38,565 nt of DNA from Tepidiformaceae bacterium. Its GTDB lineage: Bacteria > Chloroflexota > Dehalococcoidia > Tepidiformales > Tepidiformaceae. Positions 29,630 to 38,097 of this stretch are shown in pieces. The DNA lies in NCBI GenBank assembly GCA_051306275.1, contig JBPPMX010000281.1:1-38565 (forward strand), written 5' to 3'. Each line of letters opens with the position of its first letter. Position 1 is the stretch's first letter. The position numbers were made by a program, and so were the translations under genes. The notes below the pieces were generated by a model. That model saw only the letters and a list, made by a program, of their open reading frames with translations. It searched no databases and was not told the DNA's origin.

Positions 29630-31446
29630 AAGTCGTCGGGGGCCGGGTTGCCATCGAGGCCGCCACGGATAGCGGCGATGCGCGCCCGTTCGGCGAGAAG
29701 TTCGAGGATTTCCAGGGCCTGCGCAGCCGTGAGCGTATCGCCAGCCTCGAGGCGCAGGCGGCTAACCTCACGGTCGATCGCTTCGAGGCGTTCGGCGAGG
29801 GCATCGGGCGATAGCTGCCCGCCGTCCCCATCCGGCCCCGCCAGATCGCCCTGTGGATCACCCGGATCACCCGGGGAGTCGCCGGGATCGCCTTCGCCGG
29901 GCGCCGGATCACCGTCCCCCGGGTCGCCTTCTCCGGGATCGCCGGGGTCGCCTTCGCCGGGGTCTTCCGGTGGCTCGCCATCCCCCTCTCCGGGGTCACC
30001 GTCTGGCGGCTCTTCGTCGTCGCGGGTGAGGAGCGCCAGGACGACCTCGTAGTCGTGGCGGATGGTGTCGTCCGCCGGTTCGCGGAGGAGTGCGTTGCGG
30101 AAGGCGATGAGCGACGCAGGGAGGTCACCGGCGGCAAAGAGGTGGTGCCCGAGGCTCGCATACCCCTGGGCCTGGAGGAGGACGTCCGGAGACTGGAGTG
30201 CACGGCGGGCCGATCGGGCAGCATCGTCGAGGTCACCGTTGGCGTGGTATGCGGCTGCGAGGTTGAGGGTGATGCGAGCGTCATCCGGCGACTCGACCTG
30301 GGCATCGAGGAAGGCGGCTATCGCGCCGGGGTAGTCTCCGCGGGAGAAGGCATCGCGGCCGTCTTCGTTCCGCGAGTAGGCCTGGGTGGCGCACCCGGCG
30401 AAAAGGAGGAGCGCGACGATAGCGGTGGAGGGAAGTGCGGCGGAGCGGAGGCGGAACGCGGGCAGGCGCTCGGCGAGCGTACCGAGGACGAGAAGGACGA
30501 ACGCGGCCGCTGCGAACCACTGAAAGCGCTCGATCGGCGCCTGGGCGGCCTGGTCGCCGAACCGCGTCTGTTCCAGCGATGCAAGACGGCCAGAGACAGC
30601 GCCGGGGATGTCGGTGGTGTCGGTACCGAGGTAGCGGCCCTCGGCGGCGCTGGCAACGAGCCGGAGGAGGGTTTCGTCGAGGCGGGAGACGAGTGGCTGG
30701 CCTGCCGCATCGAGGCGTGGTTCGAACTGCTCCGTGCGGGTGTTGTAGATAGGGATCGTCGAGCCGTCGGCCGTACCTACGCCCGCGACGAAGAAGTCGA
30801 CGCCGGCATCACGGAGGGCGGTGGCCGCAGCGCCCGCGGCAGCAGGGTCGCCGAGATCCTCGCCGTCGGAGATGAGGAGGACGAGCGCTTCGGATGGGTC
30901 GGACCCGGAAGACGTCAGCGCTTCGAGGGCTTCCGCGATGCCGGCAGAGGCGGAGGTGCCAGCGCCGACGAGGACGGTACCGCTCTCGAGCGTGCTGACC
31001 ACCCGGATGGCTGCCTGGACATCGGTGGTGAGGGGAAGGCGGACGCGCGCACTGCCACCGAAGATGACGAGCCCAACCCGTCCGCCGTTCACGCGCTCGA
31101 AGGTCGCTGCGATGGCGGTCTTCGCCGCTGCGAGGCGGGACGGCGCGACGTCGGTGGCGTCCATGCTGCGCGAGACATCGAGGACGACGATGAGGTCGGA
31201 GCCTGTGCGGCTGACGCTGCGCTCTTCCGTGCCCCATCGGGGGAGGCCAGCCGCGATCACTGCCAGTGTGGCCGCCAGGGCGAGGAGCACGAGCGCAGGA
31301 GCGACCGGGGGGATACGCGTGGCGCGCGCGAGGGCCCGCACCCGACCCGCGTTCCGACGGGATGCGAATATCGCGGCGGCGAAGATGAGCGCGACAACCG
31401 CGATGGCGAAGAGCGCGTCCGGGTAGGCGAAGGTCAGGTCGCTCAT
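29626..31446 (-). CDS. VWA-domain plus TPR membrane protein (BatB/BatC-like) with a poly-acidic Gly/Pro/Asp/Glu repeat and a C-terminal helical tail
   Basis: Two N-terminal TM segments, MIDAS VVLDVSRSM, LISDGED, and TPR-like helices (AIAAFLDAQ..., LNLAAAYHANGDLDDAARSARRAL, GYASLGHHLFAAGDL), then DGDPGEGDGEPPEDPGEGDPGDPGEGDPGDGDP... Confidence 0.8.
   Translation of the reverse strand: MSDLTFAYPDALFAIAVVALIFAAAIFASRRNAGRVRALARATRIPPVAPALVLLALAATLAVIAAGLPRWGTEERSVSRTGSDLIVVLDVSRSMDATDVAPSRLAAAKTAIAATFERVNGGRVGLVIFGGSARVRLPLTTDVQAAIRVVSTLESGTVLVGAGTSASAGIAEALEALTSSGSDPSEALVLLISDGEDLGDPAAAGAAATALRDAGVDFFVAGVGTADGSTIPIYNTRTEQFEPRLDAAGQPLVSRLDETLLRLVASAAEGRYLGTDTTDIPGAVSGRLASLEQTRFGDQAAQAPIERFQWFAAAAFVLLVLGTLAERLPAFRLRSAALPSTAIVALLLFAGCATQAYSRNEDGRDAFSRGDYPGAIAAFLDAQVESPDDARITLNLAAAYHANGDLDDAARSARRALQSPDVLLQAQGYASLGHHLFAAGDLPASLIAFRNALLREPADDTIRHDYEVVLALLTRDDEEPPDGDPGEGDGEPPEDPGEGDPGDPGEGDPGDGDPAPGEGDPGDSPGDPGDPQGDLAGPDGDGGQLSPDALAERLEAIDREVSRLRLEAGDTLTAAQALEILELLAERARIAAIRGGLDGNPAPDDF
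29821..30021 (-). repeat. In-frame imperfect short tandem repeats encoding an about 67-aa (G/P)-D/E low-complexity acidic tract
   Basis: The plus strand shows reiterated GGATCACC / GGGTCGCC / GGATCGCC units, translated as DPGEGDPGDPGEGDPGDGDP... Confidence 0.7.
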
Positions 31447-32378
31447 GCCGGCAGCCTCCGGAGCCAGGTAGCGCGGAGGAGGCCTTCGACAGCGAGGAGC
31501 CCGGCTGCGCCCCCGAGGAACCAGGGGGCGAACTCGGTGTAGGAGGTGTAGCGGTCACGACCGACACTGCTGGTTTCGAGCTCGCCGATCTCGGAGTACA
31601 CCTCGGCGAGGGCGTCTTCGGTGCCTGCGGTGAAGAATCGGCCGCCAGTGCGTTCGGCGATGGCTTCGAGCAGTTCAACGTCGACGCCGCCACGACCGCC
31701 ACCCTCGTTCACGACGCCGATAGTGTAGACACGAACATTCACCGCGACGGCGAGGTCGGCTGCCTCTTCGGGTGGGATGGAGGCGGCATTCTGCTCGCCA
31801 TCGGTGAGGAGGATGATGATCCGACTGGCGGAGGTGGACTCGGTGACCATGTTCAGTGCCGAGGCGAGGCCGACACCTATCCCGGTGCCGTCCGGGAGGA
31901 GCGAGGAGTCGAGGTCAGCGATGAGCGCATCGAGCGAGCGGTGGTCGAGGCTAGGGGGCGCGAGCGGCAGCGCGTCTTCCTGGAAGACGACGAGGCCAAT
32001 CCGGTCATCGGGGCGGCCCGCGATGAACTCCCGCACGACATCCTTGGTGGATTCGAGGCGGGTCTTGCCTCCGCTGAGCGCCGCGTTCATCGAGCTCGAG
32101 AGGTCGAGCGTCAGGATGATGTCGATGCCTTCGGCCGGGATGATGGCGTTGGCATCGCCGACACGGGGGCGGGCGAGTCCGACGATGAGCAGGATGGCGG
32201 CGAGAAGCCTCAGGAGGGGGAGGGCGCTGGAGGCGCGAAGACGGAGCGAGACGGGGACAGCGCCGAACGCATCGGTCGCAGGCAGGACGAACGCCGTCCG
32301 GCGTGGGAAAAGGTAGACAGCGGCGACGAGCGCGACCACCGCGAGGAGGGCGAAAGCGATGGTGTTGGCGAACTCCAT
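31443..32378 (-). CDS. VWA-domain membrane protein (BatA-like)
   Basis: N-terminal TM pair, MIDAS LTLDLSSSM, LLTDGEQN, and a C-terminal TM. ATG 32378 overlaps the upstream stop; its own stop overlaps the next ATG (ATGA). Confidence 0.8.
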   Translation of the reverse strand: MEFANTIAFALLAVVALVAAVYLFPRRTAFVLPATDAFGAVPVSLRLRASSALPLLRLLAAILLIVGLARPRVGDANAIIPAEGIDIILTLDLSSSMNAALSGGKTRLESTKDVVREFIAGRPDDRIGLVVFQEDALPLAPPSLDHRSLDALIADLDSSLLPDGTGIGVGLASALNMVTESTSASRIIILLTDGEQNAASIPPEEAADLAVAVNVRVYTIGVVNEGGGRGGVDVELLEAIAERTGGRFFTAGTEDALAEVYSEIGELETSSVGRDRYTSYTEFAPWFLGGAAGLLAVEGLLRATWLRRLPA

Positions 32379-33271
32379 CAGCCTGCCTCCCCAACGATCT
32401 CGCGGGCCATGTTGAGGTCGGCGTAGCGGCGTTCGGCGGCGGGACGGTACCCGGCGTACACGACGGCGTCGCACTCTTCGAGGAGGCCGGTGACGAGGCG
32501 AGCCTGCCAGCGGTCGACCCCCGCGGCCTGCATGCGGCGGTCCATCTCGCGTGTGGTGAGGGCACGCGCGGGGAAACCGTACCGGGCGCCAAGGACATCG
32601 CGGACAGCAGCGGAAAGCGTGCGGTAGGCGGTGACCGGGTCGCGGTCGAGGAGGGATTCGGCGCCATCGAGGTCGACGGGTATGGGGGCGACAGCTCCGG
32701 TCGCTGGTGCGGGCCGGCGCCGCATGACGCGCCGGAAGACGAGCCAGGCAGCGCCGACGACGAGAACGAGGACAAGCAGGGCACCTGCAGCGATGGCCGG
32801 GCGAAGGAGCGGCGACTCCGCGCCATCGATGGCCGCGGGGGCGGGGAGCGGCCTGAGTTCGAGCGGGTCATCGGCGGCGAGCGAGGAGATGACGTCGAGG
32901 GTGAGGGCAGGTAGCAGGCGGTTCGACGTCTCCGTTCCGAGGACGACGAAAACGGCGGGCTGAAACTGCAGCTGTCCGGGAACAAAGCCCGCGACCACGA
33001 GTTCGAGGCGGTGGGTGGCAGTGTCGCCCGCGACGACCGTTTCGAGCGAGCGCACGCGGATGATCTCGACGCCGTTCCAGGAGGCGTTCGCGGGGTCGGG
33101 TTCGACGGTGGCGGTGGCCGGGGTCAGGACATCGAGGGTGAGGACGGTTTGTTCCCCGACGAGCGCGAAATCGACTGCGATAGTGGCGGAGTCGCCCGGT
33201 TCCTGCGCCGTCGCTGACAAAGGGAGCGAGAGAACAAGGAGCGCGAATGCGGCGATCGCGAGGCGCTTCAT
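32378..33271 (-). CDS. Secreted/membrane-anchored protein: signal peptide, BatD-like beta-rich ectodomain, TM, then a DUF4381-like cytoplasmic helical domain
   Basis: MKRLAIAAFALLVLSLPLSATAQE signal, central TM AIAAGALLVLVLVVGAAWLVF, and a C-terminal region (AYRTLSAAVRDVLGARYGFPARALTTREM) as found in DUF4381 genes of MoxR/VWA operons. Confidence 0.55.
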   Translation of the reverse strand: MKRLAIAAFALLVLSLPLSATAQEPGDSATIAVDFALVGEQTVLTLDVLTPATATVEPDPANASWNGVEIIRVRSLETVVAGDTATHRLELVVAGFVPGQLQFQPAVFVVLGTETSNRLLPALTLDVISSLAADDPLELRPLPAPAAIDGAESPLLRPAIAAGALLVLVLVVGAAWLVFRRVMRRRPAPATGAVAPIPVDLDGAESLLDRDPVTAYRTLSAAVRDVLGARYGFPARALTTREMDRRMQAAGVDRWQARLVTGLLEECDAVVYAGYRPAAERRYADLNMAREIVGEAG

Positions 33272-34230
33272 GCGGTCATCCCGGACTTGCGCGTGCGGCG
33301 GCGGAAGAACTGGAGGAGCGCGGGCACGTAGTCCTGTCCGACCATCACCGGGATCTCATCGACACCGGCTTCGCCGAAGAGGCGGCGGCGGTCGTCGTCC
33401 ATGAGCCGGACACGGGCAGCATAGGCATCGCGGACGCGGTGGTCGCCGGTATCGACGTAGCGTGCTTCGCCAGTCTCGGCGTCACCGACGCGGGCGATGC
33501 CGGCGTTGGGGATCGCTTCGTCGATCGGTTCGCGGACACGGATGGCGATGATGTCGTGGCGGCGGGCGGCTGCGCGCACCTGGGGAGCGTACCCGCTGGC
33601 GAGAAAGTCTGAGACCAGGAAGACGGTGGCGCGGCGCTTCTGAACACCGGATAGGTACTCGAGAGCCGATTCGATGCTGGTGCCTGAGGTGCGGGGGTGG
33701 GCCCAGAGAATCTCGCGGACAACGCGGAGGACATGCAGGCGTCCGCCATCGGGCCGTACGTAGCGCTCGGGACCATCCGCGAAGAGGAGAAGACCGACAC
33801 GGTCCTTGTTGCGGATAGCGGCGAGGGCGATGACCGCACAGAGCTCAGCGGCGAGGTCAGCCTTCGAGCGCTCGTGGGCGCCAGCGAACTGCGAAGCGCT
33901 GACGTCGACGACCAGCAGGACCGTGAGGTCGCGGTCCTCGCGATAGCGGCGGATGTGGGGCTTTCCCGTGCGGGCGAAGGTCTTCCAGTCGATCGAGCGG
34001 ACATCGTCGCCGGGGGTGTACGGGCGAAGCTCGTCGAACTCCACGCCCTGTCCGCGGAACACGGCGTGGTATTCGCCGAGAAAGAGCTGGTCGACGAGGC
34101 GGCGCGCCTTTAACTCGATATAGCGGACGCGCTGGAGAAGCTCGGGAGGGATGTCTCCGCGGGTCGCGCGATCGTTCCCGGTAGTCGAAGCGGCCGCTCG
34201 CCGGTGGAACCTCCGGAGAAGCGCGGGCAT
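33268..34230 (-). CDS. DUF58-family protein (MoxR-associated, VWA-like fold)
   Basis: GEYHAVFRGQGVEFDELRPYTPGDDVRSIDWKTFARTGKPHIRRYREDRD...VVDVSAS is the DUF58 signature. Starts at ATG 34230. Confidence 0.85.
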   Translation of the reverse strand: MPALLRRFHRRAAASTTGNDRATRGDIPPELLQRVRYIELKARRLVDQLFLGEYHAVFRGQGVEFDELRPYTPGDDVRSIDWKTFARTGKPHIRRYREDRDLTVLLVVDVSASQFAGAHERSKADLAAELCAVIALAAIRNKDRVGLLLFADGPERYVRPDGGRLHVLRVVREILWAHPRTSGTSIESALEYLSGVQKRRATVFLVSDFLASGYAPQVRAAARRHDIIAIRVREPIDEAIPNAGIARVGDAETGEARYVDTGDHRVRDAYAARVRLMDDDRRRLFGEAGVDEIPVMVGQDYVPALLQFFRRRTRKSGMTA

Positions 34231-34237
34231 GGGCGGG

Positions 34238-35227
34238 TCAGGGGACCTCGACGCTATCGAGGACGCGGTCGATGAGGTCGTCGGAGGTAAGTTCCTGTGC
34301 CTCGGCCTCGTAGGTGGTGACGATGCGATGACGAAGGACATCGTGAGCAAGCGCCTTGACGTCGTCCGGCGTCGTGAAGGCGCGCCCCTGCAGGAACGCA
34401 TGCGCGCGAGATGCCTGGGCGAGCGCGATCGTTGCGCGGGGCGAGCCGCCGTACTCGATGAGCGACGTGAGCTGCGGGAGGCGGAAGTCCGCGGGCCGTC
34501 GCGTGGCCTGGACGAGCTGGATTATGTAGCTCCGCAGCGAGTCGTCGAGAGCAACCTCGGCGAGCGCGCGGCGGGCGACGAGGAGATCTTCGCGGGTGGC
34601 GACAACAGTGGGCAAGTCGGTCCGGCCGTTCAGCTCGAGGTCAAGGATGTGGAGCTCTTCCTGGCGGGTGGGGTAGTCGACGCGCACTTTGAGGAGGAAG
34701 CGGTCGAGCTGTGCTTCGGGGAGGGGGTAGGTGCCCTCCTGCTCGATAGGGTTCTGGGTAGCGATGACGAGGAACGGGTCATCGAGCGGGTAGGTTTCGC
34801 CGCCGATGCTGATCTGGCGTTCCTGCATGGCCTCGAGAAGCGCGGACTGAACCTTCGCTGGAGCGCGGTTCACTTCATCGGCGAGGACGAGGTTCGAGAA
34901 GAGTGGCCCACGGCGGACGCTGAAATGGCCATCGGACGGGTGGAAAATCTCGGTGCCAACGAGATCAGCGGGGAGCAAGTCCGGCGTGAACTGGACGCGG
35001 ACGAAGTCGACGCCGAGGGTGCGGGCGAGTGTGGAGACGGTGAGCGTCTTGGCAAGGCCGGGAACCCCTTCGACGAGGACATGGCCGCGGCAGAGAAGTC
35101 CAACGAGAAGGCGGTCGATCAGTGTCTCCTGGCCGACGATGACGCGGTGGACCTCATCGCGGACGCGGGAGAGCGTGGCGGCGGTGGACGCGGCCTGGGG
35201 GGAGAGTGAGAGGGCGCCTCCGGGCAA
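34238..35227 (-). CDS. MoxR-family AAA+ ATPase
   Basis: GQETLIDRLLVGLLCRGHVLVEGVPGLAKT, VQFTPDLLPADLVGT, LADEVNRAPAKVQSALLEAMQE, ATQNPIEQEGTYPLPEAQLDRF. Confidence 0.9.
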   Translation of the reverse strand: MPGGALSLSPQAASTAATLSRVRDEVHRVIVGQETLIDRLLVGLLCRGHVLVEGVPGLAKTLTVSTLARTLGVDFVRVQFTPDLLPADLVGTEIFHPSDGHFSVRRGPLFSNLVLADEVNRAPAKVQSALLEAMQERQISIGGETYPLDDPFLVIATQNPIEQEGTYPLPEAQLDRFLLKVRVDYPTRQEELHILDLELNGRTDLPTVVATREDLLVARRALAEVALDDSLRSYIIQLVQATRRPADFRLPQLTSLIEYGGSPRATIALAQASRAHAFLQGRAFTTPDDVKALAHDVLRHRIVTTYEAEAQELTSDDLIDRVLDSVEVP

Positions 35228-35370
35228 GAGGTACTCCTGTGGCAGATCAGCCGCAGCGGCCGTGCGCCCTATTGTATCGACGGGCGGGAAAGCGCTGTTT
35301 ACACGGGATTACGAGCGCGTTGCGTTCCCGGTCGATCCAATGCGAGCGGGATGGAGGGGCGATACGACAA

Positions 35371-35396
35371 ATGGCCCCGGGGGTGCCGGGGGCCAT
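35371..35396 (-). terminator. Candidate intrinsic terminator hairpin downstream of the CAP-domain gene
   Basis: ATGGCCCC-N10-GGGGCCAT (8-bp perfect arms) lies 23 nt beyond the stop at 35419. The minus strand continues TTGTCGT (a weak U-tract). Confidence 0.35.
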
Positions 35397-35418
35397 CGAA
35401 GCTGCCATCTAGTGCGTT

Positions 35419-36489
35419 CTAGTTCGTGACGGAGATCGTCGCGCGGCTGGCGTAGCTGTAGGTCGGTGTGCCGGACGGGCCGTAGACGCCGACCTTGATA
35501 GTGTGGGTTCCCGTCCGTGTCCCGGCACCGGTTGCCCAGGTGGTAACGAACGACTTCGCGGTGTTCGCGGAGAAGGACTGGTTTTCCCAGGTCCGGGTAT
35601 AGACCTTCTGGCCGGCTGGCGACCAGACCTCGACGACTACGCGGGCATTCGTTGCCGCGGATGCCTTGACTGTCGTTGTGATATTCGCCGAGCCGAGAAC
35701 CTTCAGGGTGGTTGGCGAGGCCGACGCGGAGGTCGTCCACGTGGCGGCGGAGGGGGCTGCGGTAGCGGTGCGGGTTGGAGTCGCGGCCACGGTGGTCGCG
35801 GTTCGCGTTGGTGTAGCAGCGGTGGTGGTGGCCGTCCGAGTGGGGGTGCGAGTGGCCGTAGCGCCGGCGGGAACCGTCGCGGTGCGGGTAGGTGTCCGCG
35901 TCGCGGTGGCCGCAGAGGTGACGGTGCGGGTCGGCGTCGATGTCGCGGCGACAGCGTTGGCGGTGTCGTTCACGGAGCCGAAGTCGGTGGTCCAGTAGGA
36001 GCCGACCTTGCCGATGCCGATCTTCGTGAAGCTCGCGCTGAGCATGTTGCGGTTGTGGCCTGAGGAGTTCTTCCAGGCGTTGAAGACGGAGGAGGCCGAG
36101 GAGAATCCCGCGGCGATGTTCTCGCCCCGGTAGCCGCCCGTCGGGTAGCCGCAGTTGGTGATGCGGGTGGACCAGCTTCGACCGCTGGGCTCGTTGTGGG
36201 CGAAGTAGCCCTTCTGGATCATGTCGTTGGCGTGCCAGGCGGCAGCGCGGTTGAGGCTGGTTACGGCGGTGAGTGGAGCGCGGCCGTTCTGGGCACGGTA
36301 CTGGTTGATCAGGGTGAGGAACGCGAGTTCCTCGGTGTTCAGGGAGATCTCAGCGGTCGAGACCGTGCAGTTCGTGAGGGCCTGGGCACGGCCCTGGTTC
36401 GCGAAGAGTCCCGAGAGCGCGAGAAGGCAAACTGCGAGGGCGATCAGTGGCCATCGGAGCTGGATCCGGAAGCTTGTTGTAGTTCCCAT
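35419..36489 (-). CDS. Secreted CAP/SCP (PR-1-like) domain protein with a TPTRTAT-repeat linker and a C-terminal beta-rich domain
   Basis: Signal/TM segment LIALAVCLLALSGLFA. CAP core: LINQYRAQNGRAPL..., AAAWHANDM...GYFAHNEPSG, GENIAAGFSSASSVFNAWKNSSGHNRNML. Linker ATRTPTRTAT x about 5. Confidence 0.8.
   Translation of the reverse strand: MGTTTSFRIQLRWPLIALAVCLLALSGLFANQGRAQALTNCTVSTAEISLNTEELAFLTLINQYRAQNGRAPLTAVTSLNRAAAWHANDMIQKGYFAHNEPSGRSWSTRITNCGYPTGGYRGENIAAGFSSASSVFNAWKNSSGHNRNMLSASFTKIGIGKVGSYWTTDFGSVNDTANAVAATSTPTRTVTSAATATRTPTRTATVPAGATATRTPTRTATTTAATPTRTATTVAATPTRTATAAPSAATWTTSASASPTTLKVLGSANITTTVKASAATNARVVVEVWSPAGQKVYTRTWENQSFSANTAKSFVTTWATGAGTRTGTHTIKVGVYGPSGTPTYSYASRATISVTN
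35755..35943 (-). repeat. Imperfect tandem repeats of about 33 nt encoding the Thr/Pro/Arg/Ala linker (A-T-P-T-R-T-A-T units)
   Basis: The protein reads TSTPTRTVTSAATATRTPTRTATVPAGATATRTPTRTATTTAATPTRTATTVAATPTRTATAAP. Confidence 0.7.
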
Positions 36490-36611
36490 ATCGCAAAGCT
36501 AGGGGGCGGATGGGCGCTGGGTCTCCCAAATTCGGTACAGGTGCCTGAGCTTTTACGGACTTCTTGCCGCCGGATTACCGGAACGCACCCGCCGGCAACC
36601 CGACCGATACT

Positions 36612-37334
36612 TCAATCGGAGATGGGGCGATCGAGAGCGGTGTCGTAACTTGCGCGGCCGAAGGCGAGAGCGATGACCGAGCGTGCTCCAGCATCACGGA
36701 GGACGGCCGCGCATTCGTCGGCGGTGGAGCCTGTGGTAATCACGTCATCGACGACAGCGACGGTGAGCCCCGCGAGAGACGGCCCTTCGTAGCGGAAGGC
36801 TCCAAGGACGTTGTTGCGGCGCTCGGTGCTGTGGAGGCCAACCTGCGTGCGGGTCTTGCGGATGCGGCGGAGACGGCCCTCGGCAATCGGCCAACCAGCG
36901 GACTCGAGGATGAGGCCGGCCTGGTTGAAGCCGCGGTCGCGCTCGCGGGAACGATGAAGCGGTACGGCGATCGCGACATCGAAGGGATAGGTGTCGCGGA
37001 GGGGATGGATGTGCCGGGCCATGAGCGGTGCGAGGTCTTCGGTGCGGCGGTACTTCAGGCCGTGGACGACGGCGCGGCCAGCACCCTCCATGGCGAAGGC
37101 GGCGTGGGCGGAGTCGAGCGACTGCCAGGCGAAACAGCGCGGACAGTTCCCGGGCTGATCCCAGCGTGCATCGCAGTTCGGACAGCGCGGGCCTGCCGTG
37201 ACCGGGATGAGTGAGGCTTCACACTTCGCGCAGAGCCACTGGCCGAACGCGGCGCAGTCCACACAGCGCGCCGGGTAGAGGGTGTCGCGGACCGTGATGG
37301 CCGCTGTCCGGATGAGGTTTGGCAGTATCGGCAT
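36612..37334 (-). CDS. comF: ComF-family protein (phosphoribosyltransferase domain with N-terminal zinc-finger cysteines)
   Basis: CVDCAAFGQWLCAKC...CPNCDA...CPRC, then HGLKYRR, RERDRGFNQA and the PRPP loop VAVVDDVITTGSTA. ATG 37334 is preferred; a TTG 37373 extension is possible. Confidence 0.8.
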   Translation of the reverse strand: MPILPNLIRTAAITVRDTLYPARCVDCAAFGQWLCAKCEASLIPVTAGPRCPNCDARWDQPGNCPRCFAWQSLDSAHAAFAMEGAGRAVVHGLKYRRTEDLAPLMARHIHPLRDTYPFDVAIAVPLHRSRERDRGFNQAGLILESAGWPIAEGRLRRIRKTRTQVGLHSTERRNNVLGAFRYEGPSLAGLTVAVVDDVITTGSTADECAAVLRDAGARSVIALAFGRASYDTALDRPISD

Positions 37335-37395
37335 TCCGCGGTGATTGGACGCGAAACGCGGCGGTGAAGGCAAGTCTTTCGGCTACACTTAGAGG

Positions 37396-37644
37396 ATGAG
37401 TGTGACAGTCCTGCTTTTCGCGGGGATCGCGGACCGGGCGGGCACGAGGCGCATCGAAGTTGCGTCCGAGCCGGGGGACACCGTGGCATCGGTACGAGAC
37501 CGCGTGGTCGCGCAGTTCCCGGCGATTGAGGCGTTCGTCGCGAACCTGCTGTATGCCGTCGACGAAGAGTATGCGCGGCCCGATTCAGCGGTCGCGCCGG
37601 GGGCGACGGTCGCGCTGATCCCACCAGTTTCGGGGGGTTGTTGA
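37396..37644 (+). CDS. moaD: Molybdopterin synthase sulfur-carrier subunit MoaD, C-terminus ...PPVSGGC
   Basis: 82 aa, VTVLLFAGIADRAGTRRIEV...GATVALIPPVSGG. It lies directly upstream of, and overlaps, moaE. Confidence 0.85.
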   Translation: MSVTVLLFAGIADRAGTRRIEVASEPGDTVASVRDRVVAQFPAIEAFVANLLYAVDEEYARPDSAVAPGATVALIPPVSGGC

Positions 37645-38093
37645 TGCTGATCCGCGTGACGGACGAGGTCCTTACGACAGACGAGGCTGTGAAGGCGGTG
37701 GAACGGCCGGAGGCGGGTGCGGTTTCGGTGTTCCTTGGGAACGTGCGGAATGCAAACAAGGGCCGGGCCGTTTCTCACCTGGTTTACGACGCCTATCCCT
37801 CGATGGCGGAGAAGGTGATGCGGGAGCTCGGCGCAGAGGCGGTCGAGCGGTTCGGGCTGGTGGACGCTGCGATCCTGCACCGGACGGGGCGGCTTGAGAT
37901 CGGGGAGACGAGCCTGCTGATAGCGGTGAGTCACGGCCACCGGCGGGAGTCGTTCGAGGGTGGGTTGTGGCTGGTGGACGAGATCAAGCGGCGGGTGCCG
38001 GTGTGGAAGAAGGAAGTCTGGGCGGACGGCGAAGAGTGGATTGAAGGGCCGGAAGCGATGGCATTCGAGCAGGCGCCTGCGAGCATGAGGTAG
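37644..38093 (+). CDS. moaE: Molybdopterin synthase catalytic subunit MoaE
   Basis: GAVSVFLGNVRN...VSHLVYDAYPSMAEKVM, ILHRTGRLEIGETSLLIAVSHGHRRESF, VPVWKKE. ATG 37644 overlaps the moaD TGA; the ORF track start is TTG 37638. Confidence 0.9.
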   Translation: MLIRVTDEVLTTDEAVKAVERPEAGAVSVFLGNVRNANKGRAVSHLVYDAYPSMAEKVMRELGAEAVERFGLVDAAILHRTGRLEIGETSLLIAVSHGHRRESFEGGLWLVDEIKRRVPVWKKEVWADGEEWIEGPEAMAFEQAPASMR

Positions 38094-38097
38094 AGCG

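Noticed and set aside
29821-30021. CRISPR-like or other non-coding tandem repeat arrays (also 35755-35943)
   Set aside because: Both repeat regions are in frame inside well-supported CDSs and encode low-complexity linkers. There is no repeat-spacer architecture and no cas genes anywhere in the window.
30055-31542. 495-aa plus-strand ORF (and similar ones at 13389-14774, 5432-6613, 24376-25287, 23272-24162 and 34151-35209)
   Set aside because: All are antisense or out of frame relative to motif-bearing genes and have Arg/Gly/Glu/Pro-biased low-complexity translations, so they are treated as GC-driven shadow ORFs.
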